The notes beneath the pieces are model-generated. The model saw only the letters and a list, made by a program, of their open reading frames with translations, had not been told where the DNA came from and searched no databases. A program made the translations under genes and the position numbers. A stretch of 64,000 bases of DNA from a virus. The DNA lies in IMG/VR virus record IMGVR_UViG_3300032893_000031, positions 1 through 64,000 of that record. One strand, given 5' to 3'. Every line of letters begins with the position of its first letter. The first letter of the stretch is position 1. Below are positions 25,981-34,671 of the stretch, one piece after another.

Positions 25981-26454
25981 TCAGGGTAGTTTGTGGACTA
26001 ACGTGGCTGGTTGCGGCCGTGGTTTATTTTTGGGATCTGGCAGGAAATCGGTTTCCATCGGCTCGAACGTCTCGGCGGTCTCCGGCTTGTCGGCGACATA
26101 CACGCCAAGAAGCTGGAAATCGGCCAGTGCGTTGGAGTAGCCCTCGCATTGGGCTTGAAGGATAGCGCGGGTTTGCAAGTCGGGAAAGCTGTCGAGCGAG
26201 AAGTTGCCTTGGTGGGTGTTGCGCAAGGCATCGAGCATCATCTTGGTTTCGGGCGCAGCCAACACCTGCTGGGCCTTCTTCACCATGTCGGGGATTCTAC
26301 GCCATTCCTGCACGCGCATGGAGCAGGCATCCCGGTATTCCACCCGGATCTCAACCGGCTGTGGCGGGGACTTGCGGAACAACACTTTTAATTTTCTAAG
26401 CAACTCACGCACTTTAAGCCTCCTTATCGGGTTCTGGCAATACCTTAGCCTCAA
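25981..26454 (-). CDS. Hypothetical protein
   Basis: 157-aa ORF. An alternative GTG start at 26412 lies one nt after the upstream stop. Confidence 0.5.
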   Translation of the reverse strand: MRLRYCQNPIRRLKVRELLRKLKVLFRKSPPQPVEIRVEYRDACSMRVQEWRRIPDMVKKAQQVLAAPETKMMLDALRNTHQGNFSLDSFPDLQTRAILQAQCEGYSNALADFQLLGVYVADKPETAETFEPMETDFLPDPKNKPRPQPATLVHKLP

Positions 26455-26770
26455 CCGTCACCTTGCCTTCCTGGGTGATGACGCGGAACTCCCCAATGAT
26501 TTGCTCGTCCCGCATGAGGCGGCTGAAATTGGGATGTTCCTCAAGGCGGATTTTGTTGGTCCTGAGATAGTGCTGCAACCGGCGGCGGTCCTTTACCTTT
26601 TTGCTGTCGGCGAGGTTGAACACATGCGGGGGCAGGGCGTGGAACATCGCCTTGCGCAGCCAATGGCCTTTGGCGGACTGAATGGCTTGGGCCTTCTCTT
26701 GCAGGCGTTTCTCGAATTCGGACGGCAGACGGTTGAAGCCATCTCGGTTGAAAACAAAGCGTGCGCTCAT
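26414..26770 (-). CDS. Hypothetical protein
   Basis: Starts MSARFVFNRDG, with an ATGA overlap to the methyltransferase gene. Confidence 0.5.
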   Translation of the reverse strand: MSARFVFNRDGFNRLPSEFEKRLQEKAQAIQSAKGHWLRKAMFHALPPHVFNLADSKKVKDRRRLQHYLRTNKIRLEEHPNFSRLMRDEQIIGEFRVITQEGKVTVEAKVLPEPDKEA

Positions 26771-27366
26771 CCCTCTGTTCCCTCCATCCCGCCGATAATC
26801 GTTCGGGGCTTTGCTCGTTGCGGCGGCCATACCGGCTTCACCGGCGGCGGGACAATCTTCTCCGCGACCAGCGCAAACGAGTAGGCGTTGCCCGGGAACG
26901 GCCAAAGCTCGAAGATGACTTTGGCCTCGCGCGGGAGTTTGGCTTTCACGAATTCGAGCGAGAAGTCGGGATGCTTGTGCGCCCGGTTGGGTTCCCCGCC
27001 GTAAACCCGGCAATGTTCAAGGTAGGCTTTCTGGTCGGGCAGGAACATGACGAGCTTGCCGCCGATCTTGAGCACCCTCAGCCACTCGCGGAGAATCAAG
27101 GTGGTGTCGGTGAAATCCTCGAGTACGTGTGAACTGTAGCAGAAATCCAACGACTCATTCCTGAACCACACCAGATTGGCGGCGTCCCCGATCAGGTTGG
27201 TCGGCCATTCGTTGTCCTCGATTCGGCGGTGTGGGTGCCCGGGTGCTCGGTCGAGCGTCATCGCCCAGTCCACGATTGGCTGGCCACCGCCGAAGCCTAA
27301 ATCCACGCCTGTCCCCGTACAGAACGGGGCCAGCTTTTCCCTTGCCGATTCGGTTTCTGTGCTCAT
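26767..27366 (-). CDS. Class I SAM-dependent methyltransferase
   Basis: GVDLGFGGG (motif I), LDFCYSSHVLEDF and REWLRVLKIGGKLVMFLPD (Methyltransf_11/25-like). Confidence 0.75.
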   Translation of the reverse strand: MSTETESAREKLAPFCTGTGVDLGFGGGQPIVDWAMTLDRAPGHPHRRIEDNEWPTNLIGDAANLVWFRNESLDFCYSSHVLEDFTDTTLILREWLRVLKIGGKLVMFLPDQKAYLEHCRVYGGEPNRAHKHPDFSLEFVKAKLPREAKVIFELWPFPGNAYSFALVAEKIVPPPVKPVWPPQRAKPRTIIGGMEGTEG

Positions 27367-28034
27367 AAGACAGTTAGTTCCATCCCGGTTTCATCTATCA
27401 GGTAATCATACCCGATCTGGTTGAAGTGATTGGTGGGGTCAAGCTGTTTGTATTTGTCCACGCGGGCCTGACGCAGTTCGGGCGTGCTCATGCCGTAGTG
27501 AAGAAGCTGGCACTCGGTCTCCATCGTTTTGCCGTGGGGCAGGCATTGGGCGTGCAGTCTGGCCGTGGCGTTGCCCTGCCAGTGAACGAATCCGCCCAGG
27601 AGCGGGTTGCGATGGACAACCACCTTGCGCTTGCGCCCCCAGATGCCGTCCGAGCGGTATTGAAGCGGGTTGGCCGACCAAACCTCGCGCACGCGATAGC
27701 TGATAAGGTCGCAGCCCTTGTGAACGGCAACTTCAATTTGCTGATGCAGCCCATCGCGGGTGATTGATGGTTCGAGCAATTCGTCATCGTCCAAGAGCAA
27801 TACCCAATCGCAGCCGTGCGCGGCGGCGCGGGCCAGGAGCGTCAGGTGGTTGGTCCAGTCGTTCCATTCCTCGTTCTTGCGAGCCAGCCGAGCAATTTCA
27901 TCCGGCAACCCGCTGGACCATTCCACGTTGTCGGCCAGGACGATGACGGCATCGCACAGGGCGACAAGCTGGTTCAGGCTGCCGAAGTCCGGCTTGCTCT
28001 CGCGGCCAATGGGCATGAGTCCAGCAATCTTCAT
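27363..28034 (-). CDS. Glycosyltransferase, GT2-like (GT-A fold)
   Basis: MKIAGLMPIG...CDAVIVLADN...WVLLLDDDELLEP (DxD-type acidic motif). Confidence 0.5.
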   Translation of the reverse strand: MKIAGLMPIGRESKPDFGSLNQLVALCDAVIVLADNVEWSSGLPDEIARLARKNEEWNDWTNHLTLLARAAAHGCDWVLLLDDDELLEPSITRDGLHQQIEVAVHKGCDLISYRVREVWSANPLQYRSDGIWGRKRKVVVHRNPLLGGFVHWQGNATARLHAQCLPHGKTMETECQLLHYGMSTPELRQARVDKYKQLDPTNHFNQIGYDYLIDETGMELTVL

Positions 28035-28684
28035 GGCTTCACCTTTTGGTAGTCGTAGGGCGTATCCCGCCATGTCCCCTCGTAATAATGGGCCGCGCAA
28101 GTCTCAGGAAACCGCTGCGTCGGTGGTTCACCGCGGAAGGGGAAGAACGGGAAGAACACCCTCGGGTTCTCGACGAGCGGGAATTTCGGCTCAAACCGCT
28201 GGTATTCGCGGCTGAGAAAGCCCGTGCTCAGCCGGTGAGTCATTGTCTCTCGATGGTGCGTCTCATACGACTCGGGCGCGTGTTCGATGACGGCCTTGAT
28301 GAACGGGTGACGAGGCACCGCGGCGAGAATTGTATCGGCAATCCAGCCGGGGATGTGCTCGTCCTCACGGGCGAGCATGATGTCCCGGCCCTCAAGGTGC
28401 TGCTCGATGTTCCTGAAACACTCGAAATCGCAATGCAGATAAACCCCGCCGTAGATGTAAAGAAGTTCGTACTGCAGGAGCAAAAACTTGGCATCGGTTT
28501 CCGGCGCGGCGTCGAACAGTTTTTGGTTGATCAGCGGGTAGGGCAGATTGTCGGCGTTCCAGAAATACACCTGCCAGCCGTTGTGATGGCGAAGCCACGA
28601 CACCATGTACTCGGCGAACCTCGGCGGGAATAGCCTTGGCCCAAGGCCAAGCCAGCACCAGTGAAATATCTTCGGGATTCTCAC
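28031..28684 (-). CDS. Glycosyltransferase, GT32-like (OCH1 / capsular sugar transferase type)
   Basis: IPKIFHWCWLG and FLLLQYELLYIYGGVYLHCDFEC match the Gly_transf_sug pattern. GTGA overlap upstream. Confidence 0.7.
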   Translation of the reverse strand: MRIPKIFHWCWLGLGPRLFPPRFAEYMVSWLRHHNGWQVYFWNADNLPYPLINQKLFDAAPETDAKFLLLQYELLYIYGGVYLHCDFECFRNIEQHLEGRDIMLAREDEHIPGWIADTILAAVPRHPFIKAVIEHAPESYETHHRETMTHRLSTGFLSREYQRFEPKFPLVENPRVFFPFFPFRGEPPTQRFPETCAAHYYEGTWRDTPYDYQKVKP

Positions 28685-29589
28685 AGCAACTCCATCACCG
28701 CATTTCTCCACTCGCGGGCGTAGCGGGAGATTCCAAACCGCGCAACGGCATCCTGCCTGGCCCAATAGGCTATGCCCGCCCCAAAGTCATGGTCGGACAG
28801 CACGCGGCGAACGCCGGCAAACCAGTCCTGCTCCGAGGTTGCGACGTAGGCGTTCCATTCGTGGATGAACAGGTCGGCCATGTTCTCCGACTGGAAGGTG
28901 ACAATCGGCAGCCCCACCAGCATGGCCTCGATGGTGCTCATCGTCACCAGCCGCGAGGGGTTCAGGTAGGCCCGATGCGAGCGGTAGATGCTCAGCAGGT
29001 CAGTGAATGATTGCGGCTTAATGCGGTGGTAAGGCTGGGCGGGCACATTGTTGCCATCCCCGCAGAGGGTAATCTGATTCGACAGGTCGGACGGCATGTC
29101 CAGAATCAGCTTTGCCCCCTTCTCCAACCGCGCGGGCAGGTTGTAGCCGACCATCAAAGCGCGATCCCCGCAGTAGCGATTCCAACCGCTCCACAGGTCC
29201 ACATCAAAGCCGTGCTCGATGACGCGGGCCAGCGTGTCGGGCATCTGCCAGCGGCGGCGGGCCTCAACTGAGTGAAACACATAGCGGTCCACCAGCGGGC
29301 GCCAATCTCTGCCGGGGATGACGGCGGGCCGCATCACGCACTCCATGAAGATCAGGGGTAGGCGGTAGATTTTGAAGGCTTCCAAGGATTGCTCGTTGGT
29401 TGCAATGGCCACATCCCAATCGCGTTCCTCGACATCCTCGGGCGTCAAGACCGAGAGATTGGCCGGCTTGGGGCGGGTCGTTTCATCCCACCAACCGCCG
29501 AGGTTGTCCCCGACAATCGCCATGCGGTCGAACACCTGGCAGAGATTGAATATCTCCCCGCCGTGATGGGCTGCGATGAGGGCTTTCAT
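28681..29589 (-). CDS. Glycosyltransferase, GT-B fold (GT4/GT1-like)
   Basis: C-terminal STIEAMLVGLPIVTFQSENMADLFIHEWNAYV resembles the E-x7-E region. Confidence 0.6.
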   Translation of the reverse strand: MKALIAAHHGGEIFNLCQVFDRMAIVGDNLGGWWDETTRPKPANLSVLTPEDVEERDWDVAIATNEQSLEAFKIYRLPLIFMECVMRPAVIPGRDWRPLVDRYVFHSVEARRRWQMPDTLARVIEHGFDVDLWSGWNRYCGDRALMVGYNLPARLEKGAKLILDMPSDLSNQITLCGDGNNVPAQPYHRIKPQSFTDLLSIYRSHRAYLNPSRLVTMSTIEAMLVGLPIVTFQSENMADLFIHEWNAYVATSEQDWFAGVRRVLSDHDFGAGIAYWARQDAVARFGISRYAREWRNAVMELL

Positions 29590-30284
29590 GGGCGGACATG
29601 GGCCAGCCAAGCGCCCCAACCATTCAGGGCGGCGGTCTGCCGGCCGTGAAAGCCGAATTGACCCGTATAGACAACGTTCTCAGCCGAGAAGCGTCTGGCA
29701 ATACTCTCGGGCGCGAACCGCATCCCCTCACGTTCGAGCCAAGGTCGGATGCTCCGGCATATCCATCGGTCGCTGCTGGCCAATCCGGGGTCGTTCTTAT
29801 GTTCATACGCGGCATCGGATACCAACTCGCAGAACTTGCGGCTTCTGAGGGAGAAACCGCCGTTCCCGACATTGTTAGCCTCCGTGCATGGCGGCCATCC
29901 CGAATCGTGATGATCGCACCAGGGGGCACCGATGTAGGAGTATTTCAGCCAGCCGTCATCCCATGCGTCGGGATTCAGCACCGCCGAGTCCCACTCTTGT
30001 AGGAGAAGATGGCTCGTCCTCACATGCTTGTGCAGTTCGGTGAGGATGCTCCACTCGTAGCCAAGCGTAGTCGCGTGCGAGCCTGGGATGTTCTGGAAAT
30101 GCTTATCGTCGTGCGAGTGCCGAACAATCTGCAACCCCGGCGGCGGCTTGGGCACCGGCTGGTCGGTGAGCAGCTTGGCCTCGGCAAACTTCACCCACTT
30201 CATGCTTTGGGCCATCACGTCAGCCGTGCGTTGCGGCTTGAACGTGTCAATCGAGATCAGGGTGACTTGGGGGAGATGAAGCAT
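29586..30284 (-). CDS. DUF5672-like putative glycosyltransferase
   Basis: EWDSAVLNPDAWDDGWLKYSYIGAPW...VGNGGFSLRSRKF. Confidence 0.55.
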   Translation of the reverse strand: MLHLPQVTLISIDTFKPQRTADVMAQSMKWVKFAEAKLLTDQPVPKPPPGLQIVRHSHDDKHFQNIPGSHATTLGYEWSILTELHKHVRTSHLLLQEWDSAVLNPDAWDDGWLKYSYIGAPWCDHHDSGWPPCTEANNVGNGGFSLRSRKFCELVSDAAYEHKNDPGLASSDRWICRSIRPWLEREGMRFAPESIARRFSAENVVYTGQFGFHGRQTAALNGWGAWLAHVRP

Positions 30285-30286
30285 GG

Positions 30287-31057
30287 TTATGGCTGCGGTT
30301 CAAGGCACAGCCTCCGCATTTTGCCGCCGAGGCTTTCGCGGCTTTGTTTCCAAATCGTTTCCATCTTCTGCTTGGCCTTCCCCCAACAGTGGACGGTAGC
30401 CATCTTCACGGGCTGCTCGTAGCGAAACCAGTAGGGGATGCCGTCGGCAAACACGATGTCCCGGTGGCCCTCGAATTGGGAGGCTCCGGGGAGCATCAGG
30501 TAAAGCGAGTGGCAGATGTTCCATTCGTGAAACCAGCCCTCAAGCATCGGCTGGCCCAACCGCTCAAGCTGCGGGTTAATCACGTTGCCATCCGAAACCA
30601 TGCGCGGGTCTTGCGATGCCTGAACCTCGCGGCGGGCCTTGAAAACCTCCATGTAATAGTCGGCAATCACGCGGGCACCCTCGCGGGTGATGAACCGCGC
30701 CCCGGTCGGTCGGGCAGTCGCCAGCGTCAGTTTCGAGCGCACCTGCTCGAGTACCGGCGACAGATTGGCGAACAGCAGAACGTCGCTGTCCATGACGAAC
30801 ACCAACTCTTTGCCGTTCTTCTCCATCCAGTCAGCCAGCAGGAACCATTGCTCGAAACACCATCGCTCGAACGGCAACCCGTTGTTGCTGGTGTGCCGGT
30901 AATGCTTGCGGAACTCGTCAACGGCGGCGCAGGGAAACTCGTCAACGACAGCCACGCCATGCCCGGTCGCAGCCGCCGATTCAATGGCCCATTTCATGCC
31001 GGGGAATGATTTACCGAACGTGCGCGTGCTTTGCATGATGACGACTTCGACGCTCAT
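30287..31057 (-). CDS. Putative nucleotide-sugar transferase (DxD-containing)
   Basis: ELVFVMDSDVLLFANL, with an ATGA overlap upstream. Confidence 0.4.
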   Translation of the reverse strand: MSVEVVIMQSTRTFGKSFPGMKWAIESAAATGHGVAVVDEFPCAAVDEFRKHYRHTSNNGLPFERWCFEQWFLLADWMEKNGKELVFVMDSDVLLFANLSPVLEQVRSKLTLATARPTGARFITREGARVIADYYMEVFKARREVQASQDPRMVSDGNVINPQLERLGQPMLEGWFHEWNICHSLYLMLPGASQFEGHRDIVFADGIPYWFRYEQPVKMATVHCWGKAKQKMETIWKQSRESLGGKMRRLCLEPQP

Positions 31058-31725
31058 ACAGGAAGTGGGATGCCGAGGCAGCGGCACTCCTGCACAATGA
31101 AGTCCAGGGCGGCTTTATCCTTGATGCCGTGAATGGCGCGGGCGCCGTGTTGCAGGGCGTCCAGCAACAAGCCGGCGGTGGGTGAGAATAATGGCTGAAT
31201 TGTGCCCTCGCCATATCCTGGGGGCGAGAAGGGCAACACCGGCACACCCGCAACCTGACAGATAGCGGCCATGAAGCGGTCTCCCGCCCCTTCCTCCATT
31301 ATCGTGGGATAGCGGTCGGTGATTTCCAGCAGGCGCAACACGCTGGCGCGGTCCACCGTCCAGGGCACCAGCGGGTAGCGGGGCGCCATGAATCGTGAGG
31401 GTTCGGTGTTCGGCATGAGCACCCCCGTCAGCCCGTTGGGAAACTCAATGCGCTTTTGCAGCAGCAGCGAGTCATACTCGAAGATCGCCGCGTGCGAATG
31501 CCCGCTTTTGGCAAACCAATGCAGGACCGCCTTAATCTTGTTGATGGCATCAGCCCCGGAGTGGCAGCTTGGCCCGTAGGTGAATTGCTGGTGCCGGGTC
31601 TCAACTGGGGCATCCGAGGATTGGGCAACCACGACAGGCAGGCCGTGCCATTCCCAAAACGGCAGGTGCCGGTCAAAGGTTTCCTGCGCGGCCTTGTGCG
31701 GGAGGATGATGACGATGGGGTTCAT
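31054..31725 (-). CDS. Hypothetical protein of the glycosylation island
   Basis: Starts MNPIVIILPHK, with ATGA overlaps on both sides. Confidence 0.45.
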   Translation of the reverse strand: MNPIVIILPHKAAQETFDRHLPFWEWHGLPVVVAQSSDAPVETRHQQFTYGPSCHSGADAINKIKAVLHWFAKSGHSHAAIFEYDSLLLQKRIEFPNGLTGVLMPNTEPSRFMAPRYPLVPWTVDRASVLRLLEITDRYPTIMEEGAGDRFMAAICQVAGVPVLPFSPPGYGEGTIQPLFSPTAGLLLDALQHGARAIHGIKDKAALDFIVQECRCLGIPLPV

Positions 31726-33260
31726 GGTAGCCACTCCTCAAATTGCTCAATCGGGTCGTCCTGATTCATAAAGGTCTCGCGCTCGAACATGCAGTCCCGG
31801 CCGCCGTGCCAGCTTTCCTGATACACCCGCTGGCCCATTGCCAGGGCGAGCGAGCAGGGAAAGCTCTGGTTCGCGGCTACGGCCTTCCCGCCGGCAATCA
31901 CCCGCGCCATTTCAAGAAAGTCGTAAACCCGATAGTAGGACACCCTCCCGAATTGCCGAACAAACTCCCGGTATTCATCTTCCAACCCGACGAAAAGCAT
32001 TTCCCGCCCGTATCGCTTCACCAGCTCGCGCCACGGGAAGTCCTTGGCCTGATAGCGAAAGCTGCGGTGAACGATGATCTTGCCCGTCCAAATCGGCTCG
32101 CCAGCCTCCAGCCACGGTTCATCCTGTTTCATCAGGTGGCGCACGCCCGCGGCGTAACAGTGCATCTCGCAGAGGTTGTGAATGCGCTCGTTCTGGCGCA
32201 GCGTCCAGTTGTTCCAATGGTCGCGGAACTTATTCAGGTCATACTGGACGGCCTTGCCGGGATACTTCGGAGTAAATGACACCGAGCGCAGATACCGCTG
32301 AGCCTCCAACAGCGGGAGCGCCATGTCGAATTGCTCGCGGGTGATGGGCACCATGCAAGGCATCGTCCCGTTTTGCTGCGGGCCGAGGACGAGTTCACCC
32401 CCGCCGTGCAGCTTGATGGCGTACAGCCCGTAGATGATGTCCCCGAGGTTGCCGGAATGGTAGTAGGATGACCCCCGCCGGAGCAGGGCTCGCACGGGCT
32501 TAATCATCATCGCCCGAACCGCTTGCAGGAAGTTGGGGTCGAACGCATACGAAACGGTGTTGCGCTTCTCGCGCAGGCGGGTGATCAGGGTGTCATCTTT
32601 ACAGGCATGGAAGATCACAGCCCGCTTATCAATCCGGCGAACATCGGCCTGACTTGGAAAAGTCCATGTTTCATTCGTCACCCGGTTGCCGCGCTCATGG
32701 TGCATTAGGTGGGTTGGATGCGTGTGCCGCAACGTCATGTGCGGGCGCGTGCAATCCCACGGAAGCTGCTCGGCGACTAGAATGTAGTGGTTGTACTTGG
32801 CGATGTCTGGTGGGTAGATCGCGCAACCGGTCAGGTGGTTCTCCTTTTTGGTCGCGCTCATCCACGGATAGATGACGCCCATGAATGGCTTCTTCGCCCA
32901 ATAATACTCGGTCTCCAAAGCCGTCAGCCAGCCGGGAGAAAGTGGCACGCAATCGGGCTCGCACCAGTAAAACGCTTCGTCATAATTCTCTTTGACGTAA
33001 ATCGCCGCCACCCGAAACAGCTTGTTGCACGCCCTCGGCCAGCCGCCTTCCTCGACGCGGGTCTGCTTGATGGCCGTCACCCGCCCGAACGTCTGCTTGG
33101 CAATGCGCGTGGCCTCGTCAATTTCCTCCTGCGGGACTTGCGAGGAAGCGACGAGCAGCGCCTTGTGCTGCGGCATCTTTGGGTCAAGCTCGACGATCCA
33201 CCGTAGAAGCTCTTGGGCTTGGTGGAAATCTTTGTGACAAAAGGCGATGACTACGAGCAA
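31722..33260 (-). CDS. Two-domain putative glycosyltransferase (the C-terminal half is GT9/heptosyltransferase-like)
   Basis: 512 aa. YYHSGNLGDIIYGLYAIKLHGGGELVLG resembles the GT9 N-terminal GD motif. The N-terminal half resembles GT-A-type LPS transferases. Confidence 0.45.
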   Translation of the reverse strand: MLVVIAFCHKDFHQAQELLRWIVELDPKMPQHKALLVASSQVPQEEIDEATRIAKQTFGRVTAIKQTRVEEGGWPRACNKLFRVAAIYVKENYDEAFYWCEPDCVPLSPGWLTALETEYYWAKKPFMGVIYPWMSATKKENHLTGCAIYPPDIAKYNHYILVAEQLPWDCTRPHMTLRHTHPTHLMHHERGNRVTNETWTFPSQADVRRIDKRAVIFHACKDDTLITRLREKRNTVSYAFDPNFLQAVRAMMIKPVRALLRRGSSYYHSGNLGDIIYGLYAIKLHGGGELVLGPQQNGTMPCMVPITREQFDMALPLLEAQRYLRSVSFTPKYPGKAVQYDLNKFRDHWNNWTLRQNERIHNLCEMHCYAAGVRHLMKQDEPWLEAGEPIWTGKIIVHRSFRYQAKDFPWRELVKRYGREMLFVGLEDEYREFVRQFGRVSYYRVYDFLEMARVIAGGKAVAANQSFPCSLALAMGQRVYQESWHGGRDCMFERETFMNQDDPIEQFEEWLP

Positions 33261-33487
33261 GGACGCTCCCCTTTCTGCTCAGCAATCGAAACATCAAACA
33301 TCCACCCGCGATGTCGCATCAGCTCGTCCATCGTGAGGTCGCGGTCTATCGCGCCCGGAAAGTAATCGCGCACCGCGTCTGCGATCCGCTTCCTGTCCAA
33401 GTCGTATTGCTTCATCAGTTCCGGGGTGACCGGATTGCCCTTGAAAGACTTCACCCGATAGGTGCGTTGCTCAAAGGCGACGATCAT
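33251..33487 (-). CDS. Small hypothetical protein
   Basis: Starts MIVAFEQRTY, with an ATGA overlap upstream. Confidence 0.45.
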   Translation of the reverse strand: MIVAFEQRTYRVKSFKGNPVTPELMKQYDLDRKRIADAVRDYFPGAIDRDLTMDELMRHRGWMFDVSIAEQKGERPCS

Positions 33488-33708
33488 AATCCAATCGCCT
33501 TTCGGTACGCCGCAATTTCCTGCTCCGTCCACGGCCTCAACCCCGCTTCCTTGAGCGAGAGCGACGGATGCGAAATCCCCATGTCCTTGGCCACCGCCGT
33601 CAGCTTGAAGTTGGCCTTCTCACGAAGCTGTTTGAGTTCCGCCCCGGTGCTCACGCGGTCTATCGCGCGGCCAGTGCCTTTGCAGGCGGGACAGGGTTTA
33701 TCTGACAT
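33484..33708 (-). CDS. Small HTH DNA-binding protein with an N-terminal CxxC (first gene of the island operon)
   Basis: CPACKGTG, then GAELKQLREKANFKLTAVAKDMGISHPSLSLKE (HTH-like). Confidence 0.55.
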   Translation of the reverse strand: MSDKPCPACKGTGRAIDRVSTGAELKQLREKANFKLTAVAKDMGISHPSLSLKEAGLRPWTEQEIAAYRKAIGL

Positions 33709-33744
33709 AGACCAAGCGTTACGCTATTGTAACGCCTGAGTCAA
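33709..33744 (-). promoter_or_regulatory. Promoter/operator candidate for the island operon
   Basis: Perfect inverted repeat GCGTTAC-N6-GTAACGC (33716-33735) lies 8 nt upstream of the ATG. TTGACT on the minus strand (33739-33744) is preceded by an A-rich tract. Confidence 0.45.
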
Positions 33745-33762
33745 CGGCTTTTTGAAGATTTT

Positions 33763-34029
33763 TTACGGCCAGGTTTGGCCGAAGGGACGACGGCGGCTGG
33801 CCTGAGTGCGGGACTTCGCGCTGCGGGCGGGCTGGCGGGGTGCCTTGCCGTGAGAGTGGGACATGGGGGCTGGTCCGTGCTTGGCCCCGGCGTGCTGGCT
33901 GACGGGGCGGCGCGGCCACGGAAGATTCCAGGCCCCAAACGTTTTCCTGGCAAGTGTGTCCGCCTGTCGGTCAATGCTTGCTTGGTTTTGCGCGGTGACG
34001 GCTCGATCTTTCTCGTTTTGGTCATTCAT
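33763..34029 (-). CDS. Possible small basic protein
   Basis: 88-aa ORF whose ATG overlaps the HNH-AP2 stop (ATGA). The product is R/P/A-rich and low in complexity. Confidence 0.3.
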   Translation of the reverse strand: MNDQNEKDRAVTAQNQASIDRQADTLARKTFGAWNLPWPRRPVSQHAGAKHGPAPMSHSHGKAPRQPARSAKSRTQASRRRPFGQTWP

Positions 34030-34520
34030 ATCAATCCCATTTGCTGATTCGTTCTGGCAAATTCACCAAAGTAGGCTAATGCCGCTGCGTCATAAGCGCG
34101 AGCGGCATCTTTAGGAGATACGAATCTTCCAAGGTAGAACATTCGGTCCCCTCTGGAAATCTGAGCCTCCCATTTGCCAGACCGGAATCGCACCCCCTTA
34201 TATCCAGACGCGTTATTTTTGTGCAGGGCCATGTTCCCGTTGTTTTGAACATAATCGCAACGCCGGAGGTTGCTCCGCTGATTGTTCAATCCGTTGCCAT
34301 CCTTATGATCACACCGCTCTCCTCGTTGGAGGCCGAGAATTACACGGTGCATGTCTATGTTCCCTACCCTCCTGGGGTTTTCTGGCCCACGTTGTTTGCG
34401 GCGGCAGGCGTAGAACGTGTTCCAAGATGGCCTGGCGCACCAGCTCCATTGGATTAGCCATTCATAATCTTCGTCATCAACTAAGGCGACCAAGCCTCTC
34501 GTTAGTGGAATCTCTTTCAT
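34026..34520 (-). CDS. HNH homing endonuclease with an AP2 DNA-binding domain
   Basis: CDHKDGNGLNNQRSNLR (HNH_3) and SGYKGVRFRSGKWEAQI...YLGRFVSPKDAARAYDAAALAYFGEFA (AP2). Confidence 0.85.
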   Translation of the reverse strand: MKEIPLTRGLVALVDDEDYEWLIQWSWCARPSWNTFYACRRKQRGPENPRRVGNIDMHRVILGLQRGERCDHKDGNGLNNQRSNLRRCDYVQNNGNMALHKNNASGYKGVRFRSGKWEAQISRGDRMFYLGRFVSPKDAARAYDAAALAYFGEFARTNQQMGLI

Positions 34521-34671
34521 TGGGAATAAAGAGCACCCGCCGCCGAGCGTTCAAACACGCAAGAACTGAAGAAGTCCCCGCCGTTCGGCAACGGATGCTT
34601 AAAGGTTGCTGTGTGTCCATCGGGTTTGAATCCGACGCAAGAACACTACGGCACCAAATGCCAGGAGTCAA

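Noticed and set aside
33741-34025. 94-aa minus-strand ORF competing with 33763-34029
   Set aside because: It is a P/R/A-rich product in a frame without start-stop coupling. The alternative frame has the ATGA junction, and even that one is kept only at low confidence.
34590-34650. tRNA-like T-arm (TCGGGTTTGAATCCGA) in the gap between the ATP-grasp-like and HNH-AP2 genes
   Set aside because: Only a 4-bp stem with an 8-nt loop forms. No acceptor, D or anticodon arms can be built on either strand. The flanking ACGCAAGAAC copies are direct repeats, not complementary.
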